DNA of 64,000 nt from Ascoidea asiatica JCM 7603 (lineage: Eukaryota; Fungi; Ascomycota): contig BCKQ01000005.1 of the NCBI GenBank assembly GCA_001600695.1, positions 494,093-558,092 on the forward strand, given 5' to 3'. The notes under the pieces were generated by a model, which worked only from the letters and a program-made list of their open reading frames with translations, made no database searches and was not told the DNA's origin. Position 1 is the first letter of the stretch. Every line of letters begins with the position of its first letter. Below, in pieces: positions 1-15,843 of this stretch. The position numbers and the translations under genes are program-made.

Positions 1-26
1 ATAATAATAATAATAATAATAATAAC

Positions 27-95
<69 letters not shown>
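1..95 (+). repeat. (AAT)n microsatellite encoding poly-Asn
   Basis: About 31 AAT units with one AAC, in frame with HEL2. Confidence 0.95.
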
Positions 96-97
<2 letters not shown>

Positions 98-1172
98 AAG
101 GAATGACGATATACAAGTCAAAAAAATGCGTTTTGATGAAAGAGCTAGGATATACCTTCAATATTCTGCAGTCGATTTTGAAAAGTTTCAGAAAATAAAT
201 AATAATTATACTAATAATAAAATTAGCGCCTCCAATGTTTTGGGAGCGTATGAAGAACTATTCAGAAATTTTCCTGAAGCTGATGTTGGAATTTTAGTAA
301 AAGAGTTCTCTGAACTTATGTCAAGGAATTCTCCAAAAGCTAGAGCCTTAGAAGAAGAATCAAAAAAATACACCCTTGATAAGGAAAGAGAAGAACAATT
401 TCCTGCTTTACCTGGTTCACAGTCTACTTCTCTAGCGAGTTATTCATTTCTTCGAACAAAAAATGGGCAAAATGCTTATTCCAAAGCTTTAGGCAATGAT
501 AAATTCCCACCTTTGGAAGCTCCAGTTAGATCTCCTAAGTCAGTATCATCCAAAAATAAAACAGCTCTGAAATCTAAAGGAAAGGAGAAGTCTAATTGGG
601 TAACATTAAAACCTGCTAAAAAGGCTATCTCCGCCATAGATTTTCCTTCGTTAGCAGAAAATAAAAAGAGATCAACAGTGTCACAGCAAGAAAATTCATC
701 ATCCTCTTCGCTTAATAAAGTATCATATAAATTAGATTCTTTGAATAAAGGAACAAGTTCAATGTTTCCTCCAATGCCTATAAATACCGAAAAACAAATG
801 CCTGTCAGTCAGCCTGTTCGGTATAGTACTGTTAAGATAAAGAAAAGTGGAGGAAAAACAAAATATGTTAATGCTAGTCCATCAAATAATATTAGAATTG
901 TTAAGAGTAAATCCACTGGTTTGGTGGTTTCTAATAATAAGCAAAAAAAAAACAATCTACCTAATAGTCAATTTCCTCCATTAGAGTCAATGGAAGAAAT
1001 CAAAAAACAAAAAGCAAATTCTCCTTTCAATTCGGAAAGTAAATTAAGTGACTGGAATTCGTCACTAAACACAACATCAGATTCAGATATTGCTGTTAAT
1101 CAAATATCTGAAAGAGGAAGAAATCAAGGGAAGAAAAACAAGAAACAAGTTTTATTTCATCTTGGTATGTAA
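1..1172 (+). CDS. HEL2: Hel2/ZNF598-type ribosome-collision E3 ligase, C-terminal part (5' end lies outside the window)
   Basis: The frame is open from base 3 through poly-Asn into RFDERARIYLQYS. It has repeated FPxL motifs and ends KKQVLFHLGM, like yeast Hel2. It converges on PEX10, as in S. cerevisiae. Confidence 0.8.
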
Positions 1173-1258
1173 AACTAGATTATAGACTTAAAAAAAAAAT
1201 CAACAAAAATTCATAAGCATGATTTATTTATATAAAAATGTAGTGCGCTTAAAGCGTT

Positions 1259-2194
1259 TCATCGTAAAGGAATGAGCTTGTTATCTATAGGATTCCTACA
1301 TAATGGACAGTTATTTTGTTCTTTTGACCAATCCAAAATACAGTTCCAACAAAATAAATGTCCACATGGGGCACAACATGGATTTATCATATAGGAAAGA
1401 CAAAGCATGCATTTTCTAGAAACCTTTGGAATATAAGGTAGTATTTTTGGGTTTGTTAAGTCAATTTCTGCTGAATTCAATTTAGCACTCTTCAAATTGA
1501 ATATCACGTCGCTACCCTTACTTTTATTAACTGGAATCTTAATAGAATTTAGCAAAACCTTATCCTCCGCTTCTTTTTCAGAAAGATTATTTTTATTAAT
1601 GTTATAATTTTGTAAAAATTCTGTGATGAACCAAAGAGATTTGAAAAAGGATTGAAGGAATATTAAACCGCCCAAAACTTCATAGCTGCCATTTGCTGGC
1701 TTATTTGCGGATGGTGGAATCTGATGACCTAAAGCATATCTCAAACCAAATATTCTTTTGGACAATTGATAATAAGATCCACGAATGTAAAACAATCCAA
1801 GATGTAAATCAGTCATGAAACTTAAAATATTTTTAAAGGAAAGCTTAGAATCCAGTAATTTATATCTATTTGAAATTTTTGAGATAATATAGGGAAAAAG
1901 TGAATAAGATAATATAAATGATAATCTTTTTAGAACAGATATCATTTTTTTCCCATTCCTATTCACATAAATTAAATCAACATATTCTTCACCCAATGTT
2001 CTCGATCCTACCAAAGTAGTTAACGATAAATAAAGTAATTTTGCTAGAATTGCAATTTCTTTTGAATAAGAATGAATAAATCTTTGATTTTTAATTGAAT
2101 CCAATAATAACTTGGTCAAATGATTTTCATAAAATGAATCCTTTTGATGAGCTCTTACAATACTAGGAGCGTCGGCAAATGATAATAATTTCAT
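1259..2194 (-). CDS. PEX10: Peroxin 10 RING E3 ligase
   Basis: N-terminal FADAPSIVRAHQKD, TLGEEYVD motif, and C-terminal RING (CMLC...CGHLFCWNC...CPLCR). Confidence 0.95.
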   Translation of the reverse strand: MKLLSFADAPSIVRAHQKDSFYENHLTKLLLDSIKNQRFIHSYSKEIAILAKLLYLSLTTLVGSRTLGEEYVDLIYVNRNGKKMISVLKRLSFILSYSLFPYIISKISNRYKLLDSKLSFKNILSFMTDLHLGLFYIRGSYYQLSKRIFGLRYALGHQIPPSANKPANGSYEVLGGLIFLQSFFKSLWFITEFLQNYNINKNNLSEKEAEDKVLLNSIKIPVNKSKGSDVIFNLKSAKLNSAEIDLTNPKILPYIPKVSRKCMLCLSYMINPCCAPCGHLFCWNCILDWSKEQNNCPLCRNPIDNKLIPLR

Positions 2195-2804
2195 CTTGAA
2201 ATTTCTTTATGATTCATTCATCTAAGGTTCTGTAAAACTGTGGGACAATAAGAGTAATTTTTTAGTAATTATATATTTAAATAATCTTATTATTAAATAA
2301 TTTTCTTTTGAATATTAATCTTTTAATTCTTACTTTTTCATCAAAATCATACCTTAATTTATTGTTCGTAGAGGTCGAAGAATGTGAATCTCACACTCAA
2401 ATTAAAATCATATCATGTGACTATTTTTAATACCTTAATATATTAAAGTGCTAACTTTTTTGTTTTTTCGCAATAAACGAAATTCTTGTTTTGATTAATA
2501 ATAGGTTCCATTCTTACTGTGATAACATTACAATAATAAATAAATTATTTCAATTGAAATTGGACTCTTCAATTCCCCATCGTCATTATCACTTTTTTTT
2601 TATTTTCATTATCATTTTAGTGTTTATTAAATTATAAACATGTATTATAGTATTTTCATCAACAAAGTCATCTACTCTCCAATTTTTAGCAAATTCGGAT
2701 AATTTATTAAAATGATCATCAGTAATAATAGATTCATTTGAATCTAAAGAAAAAAATTTCACTGAGGTTAATTTTTGAAACAAAAAATTATATAAAGAAC
2801 TTTT

Positions 2805-7586
<4,782 letters not shown>

Positions 7587-7710
7587 TTAGATTATTTAAA
7601 AAGAACTGAATTGAATTAAATTGAATTGAACTAACTTAACTTTATTTTAAATTCATTATTAAGACAAATTGGGTCTTTAATATTCATTGAAGATTTCGAT
7701 GGATGGATGA

Positions 7711-7717
7711 TGAGTCA
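7711..7717 (-). promoter_or_regulatory. Gcn4/AP-1 site upstream of ARO1
   Basis: TGAGTCA (TGACTCA on minus) about 215 bp upstream of the ARO1 ATG. ARO1 is a classic general-control gene. Confidence 0.65.
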
Positions 7718-7969
7718 ATGGAAAATTAAAAATTGAAATTCTTTAAAAGGTTAAGTGAAATTAAGTTACCGCACTAAATAACGTTGTGGATATTTTAATG
7801 AAGTCGACACAAGAATGAATGAGGTAGATAACATCTAACATCCGAGAATTATTTCTAAATGAGACCGTTTATTTGGAACTTCTTGTTTTAGATGATCATA
7901 TATTATAATTTGTGTTTATCTATTTATTTATTCATTTATTTACTAATTTACAAATATGAGGTTTGTTAG

Positions 7970-8524
7970 TTAAACCTTCGGTTCTGTACGTAGATAATGA
8001 GCTATACAAGGTTTTTCATCAGTATTTTTAACAAAAAAGTTTTGATGATATTCTTCAGCATCCCAAAAGCTTTTAATTGGTTCAATAACCGTTACAATTT
8101 TATGATTTGGATAAAAATTTAATTGTAAAAGATCTTTAACTTGATTTGCTTCAATTTGTTGTTTTTTGGAATGAGTAAAAATTCCAGATCTATATTGAGT
8201 ACCTTGATTAGAATGACCTAATGGACGAAAAGTTGTTGGATCATGGATTTTTAAAAAAAATTCAATTAATTCTTTATATGAAATAATTTTTGGATTAAAA
8301 GAAACTTGCAAAGATTCAGCAAAATCAGTATCACCACAACAAACTAATTTATAACTTGGATTAGTAATGTCACCATTTCCATTTGCATAACCAACTTTTA
8401 AATCATAAATTTTATCACCATAATGCTTTCTATATAAATGCTCAGTTCCCCAAAAACATCCGGCAGCAACCGTAAATATTTCAGCATCTTCAGGAACTTT
8501 TAATGTTTTGGATATAATAGACAT
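7970..8524 (-). CDS. MXR1: Peptide methionine sulfoxide reductase MsrA
   Basis: AAGCFWGTE catalytic motif, TDFAE, HDPTT, GTQYRS, AEEYHQ. Confidence 0.93.
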   Translation of the reverse strand: MSIISKTLKVPEDAEIFTVAAGCFWGTEHLYRKHYGDKIYDLKVGYANGNGDITNPSYKLVCCGDTDFAESLQVSFNPKIISYKELIEFFLKIHDPTTFRPLGHSNQGTQYRSGIFTHSKKQQIEANQVKDLLQLNFYPNHKIVTVIEPIKSFWDAEEYHQNFFVKNTDEKPCIAHYLRTEPKV

Positions 8525-8841
8525 TGGGTGAAATTAATAAAGGAATAGTATAAATATAATTAATGAATATTAGTTTGATAGTTATAAACATTGAAAAGCT
8601 TGTACCGAAGAAATAGGACTATTTATACAAAACACATAAGTCTCTTGAACATCTGGAATTCTAAATCTTCAATAAGCATCTGTGATAATCACCAATTGGT
8701 TGTCGAATGTCAATTCTGGACTCTGAACACAGCTGTGGTTGGAAAGAGTGAACATGAACATAACGTTAACTACATTTTATATGAGCTGGATGCTGCAGCT
8801 GACTCAGCTGCTGAAAAACAAAATACAGCAGAAGCATCAAA

Positions 8842-8867
8842 TCGAGCACGTCGAGCACGTCGAGCAC
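8842..8867 (+). repeat. 9-bp tandem repeat TCGAGCACG x3 in the MXR1/SDD2 divergent promoter
   Basis: tcgagcacg tcgagcacg tcgagcac. Confidence 0.85.
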
Positions 8868-9269
8868 ATCAAACACAACCAAAAAAGATCTTCCTCAGTA
8901 TTCCGACAGAACACGTGCATTATCTCTTCCTGGAGGCTAAATCGCGCCACGCTGTGCCACACTCCAAATTTGAATTGATAGTTTGCGTGTCAGGTGCTTT
9001 AACTTTATACCCTCGGAGGTGCTAGAAGGTGTTGGGAATTACTTAGTGGTAATTAACTTTTCTGTAATTTCTTGGGAGTAACCACATTAATTATTTTCAC
9101 TGAATCCTTTTATAAATTAGATCTAATACTCAACAATTGACCATTAGATTGATAGTCTGATTATCCAATTGTCTAATTGTGTGATTCATTTCAGGTGGTG
9201 TTTATTTTGTTCAATATAAAATAAAAAATTAAAACTCCTCTTCTGTTTTTTATTTTATTTCGGTCAAAA

Positions 9270-9662
9270 ATGGATGATGCAGAACTAAATGCTATTCGTG
9301 CTGCTAGATTATCCGAATTACAAAAGTCTGCTTCCGGTAATTCAAAACCTCAAAGTAAAAATGATGAATTAATTTCTTCAATTTTATCACAAATTTTAGA
9401 ACCTGAAGCAAGAGAAAGATTATCTAGATTAAATATGGTTAGACCTGATCGTGTTAAACAAGTTGAAATCTATTTATCAAAATTAGCTCAATCTGGTCAA
9501 ATTAATGAAAAAATAAGTGAAGACAAAATTGTTCAAATTTTAGATGGTATATCAAAAGATGTAAATAAGAAAAAAAATGTCAAAATAATTTTCTCAAGAA
9601 GAGAAATGGCTGATATTGATGATGACAAAAATGCCGATGATGATGATGATTTCTTCGATTAA
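9270..9662 (+). CDS. SDD2: PDCD5/TFAR19-like DNA-binding protein (YMR074C ortholog)
   Basis: MDDAELNAIRAARLSELQ...ILEPEARERLSR...DDDDFFD. Confidence 0.9.
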   Translation: MDDAELNAIRAARLSELQKSASGNSKPQSKNDELISSILSQILEPEARERLSRLNMVRPDRVKQVEIYLSKLAQSGQINEKISEDKIVQILDGISKDVNKKKNVKIIFSRREMADIDDDKNADDDDDFFD

Positions 9663-10022
9663 CTTATTATATTGATTTAATTTTAAATTTTTAGTTTCAG
9701 TATTTCACTTCTTTTTCTTTTTATTTTTCTATTCCTTCTCATTAATATCTGCATTTTAATTTTTGTAAATTTAAACTACAACTACTTTTATTTCAATTAC
9801 TATTTCTTTCTAAATCAGCCTCATTTTTTCAATCATATTACAAAAAAAAAATCATTTTATTTATTAATTACTTATTATTTCAATTTACTAAAAAAAACGT
9901 TAACTACAGAACTTAAATTAAAATGAAAATATCTATTAACTAAATAAAAACGATACAGACAAAAAAAAAAAAATACAAGGAAAAAAAAAATATTAAAAGC
10001 TTAAATAACTAATTAAATAATT

Positions 10023-10275
10023 CTAATAATTATTGTTAGTAAAAAAATATTCGCAATAATAAAAATTTAAATATCCGTATTAAATACAATGATACTTTAT
10101 CATTCTATTCTATTGAATTGAATTTAACTGATTAAAATATAAATGTTTCAGGATTTTCAGTGTGTAGTCGAGTCAACATTTGCTTAAAAAGCTTTCAGTC
10201 TGGGGCGACATCTTGGTCATCATGCAAATATATTCAATCTTTAATCATCTTAATATTATTTTCTTTAAAACTTAC
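10023..10275 (-). other. Spliceosomal intron hosting snR67 in a non-coding transcript
   Basis: Minus strand: donor GTAAGT at 10275-10270, branch TACTAAC at 10041-10035, TAG acceptor at 10025-10023. No ORF in the flanking exons. Confidence 0.75.
10145..10227 (-). ncRNA. snR67: Box C/D snoRNA snR67 (guides 25S Gm2619 and Um2724, S. cerevisiae numbering)
   Basis: The minus strand reads ATGATGA(C box)-ccaagaTGTCGCCCCAGa-CTGA(D')...ACACTGAAAATC-CTGA(D). The guides complement 25S CUGGGGCGGCA and GAUUUUCAGUGU. Layout matches yeast snR67 as I recall it. Confidence 0.9.
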
Positions 10276-10454
10276 CGTTTCAAATATTTAATCCTCCATT
10301 TATCTTACAATAATCTATATGGTCTTATATCATCATTTTGAATAAATCTTTCTTTATGGATAATAACTTGAGTTAATTATGTTTGAAATGAAAGCAAAAG
10401 AAAATTCACGTTTTTATACTACAAAAATCTGAAATTTTAATTCTAAATATGGCG

Positions 10455-10461
10455 TTACCCG
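10455..10461 (+). promoter_or_regulatory. Reb1-type site in the snR67-host/RPD3 divergent promoter
   Basis: TTACCCG in an otherwise very AT-rich gap. Confidence 0.55.
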
Positions 10462-10778
10462 CCAAAGCCTTTAAATAAAGGGCTTTTTCTTCTCTTTTTC
10501 ACTTATCTCTTTTCCCGTATTCAAATTACAGTAGACAAAATTCAAAATATCAAGTTTATCTCCAATATCAGTATATCAATTTACCAGAAACCGAAATATT
10601 ATCAAAACGCCAAATCAAAAAATAATAATACAAAATAAAATATAGAGACAGAAGTAATTGTTATAATCACTTTACATTTCATCAAGTTTTAAAATTAATT
10701 ACGCTAAATTATTTCATAATCTACTCATCTCATTTCAAATACAATCAATCTCTTTATTCTTTTCTTATCCTTTTTGCA

Positions 10779-12350
10779 ATGGTTTTTGAATTGAAACCTT
10801 TTGATCCAATAAAACCAAATCCTGGTGAAAAAAAGCGTGTAGCTTATTTTTATGATAGTGATGTTGGTAATTATGCTTACGGTGCTGGTCATCCAATGAA
10901 ACCTCATAGGATAAGAATGGCCCATTCATTAATTATGAATTATGGTTTATATAAAAAAATGGAAATTTATCGTGCAAAACCTGCAACAAAACAAGAAATG
11001 TGTCAATTTCATACTGATGAATATATTGATTTTTTATCAAGAGTAACTCCTGATAATTTGGATTTTTTTCAAAAAGAACAAGCTAAATTTAATGTTGGAG
11101 AAGATTGTCCTGTATTTGATGGTTTGTTTGAATATTGTAGTATTTCCGGTGGTGGTTCTATGGAAGGTGCTGCTAGATTAAATAGAGGAAAATGTGATAT
11201 AGCAATAAATTATGCTGGTGGTTTACATCATGCAAAGAAATCTGAAGCTTCTGGTTTTTGTTATTTAAATGATATTGTTCTTGGAATTATTGAATTATTA
11301 AGATTTCATCCAAGAGTTCTTTATATTGATATTGATGTTCATCATGGTGATGGTGTTGAAGAAGCTTTTTATACAACTGATAGAGTAATGACTTGCTCTT
11401 TTCATAAATATGGTGAATTTTTTCCTGGTACTGGTGAATTAAGAGATATTGGTGTTGATAAAGGTAAATATCATGCGGTTAATGTTCCTTTAAGAGACGG
11501 TATTGATGATGCAACTTATAAATCTGTTTTTGAACCAATAATTGATAGAATTATAAAATGGTATCAACCTTCTGCAATTGTTTTACAATGTGGTGGAGAT
11601 TCTTTATCTGGTGATAGATTAGGTTGTTTTAATCTTTCAATGAAAGGTCATGCAAATTGTATAAATTTTGTTAAATCTTTCAATATTCCATTGATGGTAG
11701 TTGGTGGAGGTGGTTATACTATGAGAAATGTTTCAAGAACTTGGACTTTTGAAACTGGTATATTAAATAATGAAATCTTACCACATGAATTACCTTATAA
11801 TGATTATTATGAATATTATGGTCCTGATTATAAATTAGATGTTAGACCTTCAAATATGTATAATGCAAATACTCCAGAATATTTGGATAAAATTATTCTT
11901 CAAATTTTTAAAAATTTAGAAAATTCAAAACATACTCCAAGTGTACAAATGCATATAACTCCAAATGATCCAGAAGATTTAGGTGACATAAATGAAGACA
12001 TACCTTCTGCTATAGATTCTAAAGGTGGTTCTCAATATGCTATAGATAATCAAATACAACCAGGAAATGAATTTTATGAAGATGATGATAAAGCTGAAGG
12101 TATAAATTCTCATAATTATGAAAATAATGGTCAAAATATAGTACAGGTTGATATAAATAATCCTAATAGAATTAATAATGCTAATGGTAATTCAGAAAAA
12201 AATAATGAACAAAGTATTAATGGAGATAATGATACTCTTATGCCAGAAGTGAACATTATCTCAAGAGTCAATGGAAATGGAAGAATTAATATAAATTCTA
12301 TTTCACCACCTAATAATAATAATAAAACTCAACAGAATGGTTTTCATTAA
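10779..12350 (+). CDS. RPD3: Class I histone deacetylase
   Basis: [58 protein letters not shown], followed by an Asn-rich tail. Confidence 0.98.
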   Translation: MVFELKPFDPIKPNPGEKKRVAYFYDSDVGNYAYGAGHPMKPHRIRMAHSLIMNYGLYKKMEIYRAKPATKQEMCQFHTDEYIDFLSRVTPDNLDFFQKEQAKFNVGEDCPVFDGLFEYCSISGGGSMEGAARLNRGKCDIAINYAGGLHHAKKSEASGFCYLNDIVLGIIELLRFHPRVLYIDIDVHHGDGVEEAFYTTDRVMTCSFHKYGEFFPGTGELRDIGVDKGKYHAVNVPLRDGIDDATYKSVFEPIIDRIIKWYQPSAIVLQCGGDSLSGDRLGCFNLSMKGHANCINFVKSFNIPLMVVGGGGYTMRNVSRTWTFETGILNNEILPHELPYNDYYEYYGPDYKLDVRPSNMYNANTPEYLDKIILQIFKNLENSKHTPSVQMHITPNDPEDLGDINEDIPSAIDSKGGSQYAIDNQIQPGNEFYEDDDKAEGINSHNYENNGQNIVQVDINNPNRINNANGNSEKNNEQSINGDNDTLMPEVNIISRVNGNGRININSISPPNNNNKTQQNGFH

Positions 12351-12543
12351 AATATTACTTTCTTTTTGTTTATATCTATTTTAAATTATTTTATGTTATG
12401 TTATATTTACTTTATTTTCTTGTGATTTGTTAGGTTTTCTTCTTTTTAAAAAGTTAAATATTGTTATTTTTATTAAAAAAAAAAATTCAATTAGAAGGAT
12501 CTGAAAAAAAAAAGATCCTGTATTGTACAATTATCGAATATAA

Positions 12544-12574
<31 letters not shown>

Positions 12575-12723
12575 CAAAAACAACCTTAGGTTTTTCTTTT
12601 AGTTTTTACTTCAGCTTTTCTATTTTTCTTTATTTTTTTTCATTTATTTTTATTGCATGTATAGTATATATTACATAAATTAACTTTTTTGAATAATTAG
12701 TTTATTATATTGAAAGTGTGAAA

Positions 12724-14052
12724 TTATTTTCTTCTACCAAAACCTCTAAAACTTGAATTAAAACCTAATAATTCATTTAAACCTGTAGTCCAATCATGTT
12801 CAGTTTTTGCGATACAATATAGACCTTTATGAGAAGTTTTTGGATCAATTGTACAAACAGGATGATTAGAGCCAGGTAAAAAAATTGTACCAGATTCATC
12901 AAATATATGAATTTCATCATTCACTTTTAGTTTTTCTAATCTTATACCATCTATACTCAATCTACAATTATGTAAATCAGCTGGAGGTGCTTTTGATTTT
13001 ATTTTAACCATAACATGAGAAGTTTGAGGTATTATTAGAGGTCTAAAAGATAAAGAACGTGGACAAATTGGAGTTAATAACATACAAGGTACAACAGGAT
13101 GAACAATTGAGCCACCAGAACTTAAAGAATAAGCAGTTGAACCAGTTGGAGTTGAAAATACAGCTCCATCACCAGTTGCTTCAGTTAAAAAAGCACCATC
13201 TATATAAATTTCTAAAGTTGTTAAATGTGGTAAAGAACCTCTATGTATAACAATATCATTCATTGCATTTAACTTTTTTTCATTGTTTAGATAACATTGT
13301 AATCTTGATCTATGAAGAACTTTTGCATTTGAATTATAAAGAGAATCAAAAGTTTCTTCATAATTTTTAAAATCAAAAGGTAATAAAAAACCTAAAGTAC
13401 CAAGAGAAAAAGATAAAATTGGTGGTACATTATTATGTGAAAATAAAGATACAGCTCTTAATATTGTACCATCACCACCTAAAGTTACCATTAAATCAGC
13501 TTTTTTTATAATTTGATCCATATTTGAAGAAGTGAAAATATTAATTTGATTTTTTAAATCAGTTGGAATTTTTGAATTTTTTTGTAAAATTGGATTCAAT
13601 TTATTATTTGAAATTGAATATAATTCATTTGCTAAATTAAAAGGTAAAATAATATTAACTTTTTCATTATATTTTTTATTTATAAATTTTATAAATTCAA
13701 TCATTGCTAAAGTAACATTGTCATTGTCAGGCTTTTTCAGAATTAATATATTATTCAAAGGTTTTTTCCATTTAAGATCAAGTAATTTAGAATGATCATT
13801 TTTTAAATAATCTGGGCTTTGTTTTGGAGGTAAAAGATCACAAGATTTTAAATTGACAAAAGAGTCGAATATTGGAGCTGTTGAAAAATAAGATTTGAAT
13901 GGAAATGAATTATTATTAATTTTGTTAAAACTTCTATTATAAACACTGATATTTGAAATATTTGAATTACCAATATTTTTGAGCCTAATTACACTATTAA
14001 TATTCGAAAAAGTTCTTTTGAAAAATATTCTATTAGAAGATAATTTTATCAT
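12724..14052 (-). CDS. POS5: Mitochondrial NADH kinase
   Basis: Arg/Ser-rich presequence-like N-terminus, LGGDGTILR, GTLGFL, STPTGSTAYSLSSGG, PRSLSFRP, LNELLGFN. Confidence 0.92.
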   Translation of the reverse strand: MIKLSSNRIFFKRTFSNINSVIRLKNIGNSNISNISVYNRSFNKINNNSFPFKSYFSTAPIFDSFVNLKSCDLLPPKQSPDYLKNDHSKLLDLKWKKPLNNILILKKPDNDNVTLAMIEFIKFINKKYNEKVNIILPFNLANELYSISNNKLNPILQKNSKIPTDLKNQINIFTSSNMDQIIKKADLMVTLGGDGTILRAVSLFSHNNVPPILSFSLGTLGFLLPFDFKNYEETFDSLYNSNAKVLHRSRLQCYLNNEKKLNAMNDIVIHRGSLPHLTTLEIYIDGAFLTEATGDGAVFSTPTGSTAYSLSSGGSIVHPVVPCMLLTPICPRSLSFRPLIIPQTSHVMVKIKSKAPPADLHNCRLSIDGIRLEKLKVNDEIHIFDESGTIFLPGSNHPVCTIDPKTSHKGLYCIAKTEHDWTTGLNELLGFNSSFRGFGRRK

Positions 14053-14441
14053 TTTGATAATCTTCGGATCTAAACCAATAAAGAAAATTTTTTTTTAGAA
14101 AATAAATGTGAATATTTATATATATATATATATATTTTTTTTCCAGTTTTTTTTTTTAATTTTTAAAATCTATTATTTTCTATATTTATACTAAAATGAG
14201 TCTTCAAAAGATGAGAAGTCTACATTCAAATAACAATTCAATTCAAAACAAACCTATCAAGTGATTACTTTGGAATATTTTCTAGTCATCTCATAAAACC
14301 ATTAGTTGAAATAGTTTGTTTGTTCTCAGTCATAAAGATAAAGTGATAGAAAGGTAGAGCAGTAATTATTGCACTCGACCACTCGATTCCAGATATGCTT
14401 TTAACCGGAATAATTTCACGCTACTTAAAGCTTTATTTCAA

Positions 14442-14448
14442 TGAGTCA
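14442..14448 (-). promoter_or_regulatory. Gcn4/AP-1 site upstream of POS5
   Basis: ATGAGTCAA at the edge of a GC-rich upstream island. Confidence 0.45.
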
Positions 14449-15843
14449 AGCTCAGAAGAAGAAGAAGAAGAAGAAAGAGCCTTCCCACCCGCTCTGCACC
14501 GTCGCAGCGTTACAAACACAGGCTGACTAAGAACTGTCGCCAGAACCAAGGATCTTTCTCCGGCACCAACCACCCACAAATCCGGTCTATTTTCGAAAGC
14601 CGAAACCTGGAGTGGCCTGGCTATGGAAGCACAGGAACCACATAAGGCATAGGAAACACAGCAAATTGAGGATAAAAAAATGTATATTATAAAGCTATAT
14701 ATATATATATATATATTGGAAGCCATTTAGACTTCTGATTTTATTGGATAAAGATACTTTTGAAAGATAAATTGAAAAAAAATATTCATGGAAACTATAG
14801 TTGATTAGAAAAATTTTATAAATTTTAAGTTTTGACTCATAAATCATCATAAATATTGTTAATCTTTGGAAAATATTCTGTATAGATATGAATAGATAAC
14901 TAAAAAAAAGACTGGGAAAAAAGTATAAATATAATAAAAAAACAGACTTGACACATACAACAAGATTGAAAGAATAAAAAAAAAAGAAAAAAATAAAGGA
15001 AGGCACAAAATAAAAAACAAGTCTAATGAATAAGATTCAATATTAGTATTTAATATATCTAACATACCATGTGGAAAAAATTATCATTTATCACACTTGA
15101 AAAAATTGCAAAAAAAATTAGAAATAATAAATAGTAAGAGTAAAAAAAAGTGATAGTGTAGAGATAGTAAATAGTGCTAGTGATAATGATAATAGTGATT
15201 TTGATTTTGATTTTAATAGACATAGTGATATAATACTAATAGATGAATTTATAACAATACCAACAAAGAAAAATATAATTAATATAATAAGGCATGAGTA
15301 ATGAATATTTATTTAGTTTTTGAAAATTCTATCTTTTTTCTCTATATTTGCCATTTTATTTATCCTTTCTATTGAATTATTATATTATTGTAAAAATGAT
15401 TATATCCAAACCAGATAGATATTATTGTTATTATTAACTTTTGTTTCTTGGAAGTTTTTAATGTGTGCCTTTGATAAATTAAAGATTAAGTCTATATTAT
15501 GAAATTCTATTACTTTTGAAATATTCTGAAATAATGAAAATAATCTAAGGTCTAAATCATTGTTTCATTTTCTATTTAATAAATTTTTGTAATCTGGCAA
15601 CAATAATAGAGAAAAAAAAACAAAAAAGAACATAAGATTTCACATAAAAAAAATTGGACAGAAAAAAAATAATTATAAATTTTTTTTCTTTTTTCTATTC
15701 TTATTGAATTGTAAAAATAAGGAGTAACAATTTTATAATCTAGATAGATTTATGATACATATAATTGAAATTTATTAACCAAATTTGATTTTTTCATAAA
15801 AAGCAAAAAGAGAAAAACAAACATAAGGCAAAATATAAAAGGC

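Noticed and set aside
8591-9025. 144-aa and 79-aa ORFs in the MXR1/SDD2 gap
   Set aside because: TTG starts, located in a GC-rich promoter island where stops are rarer, and partly made of the 9-bp repeat.
14433-15065. Three short minus-strand ORFs between PSP1 and POS5
   Set aside because: F/I/Y-rich translations of poly-T/TA and GAA repeats plus promoter sequence.
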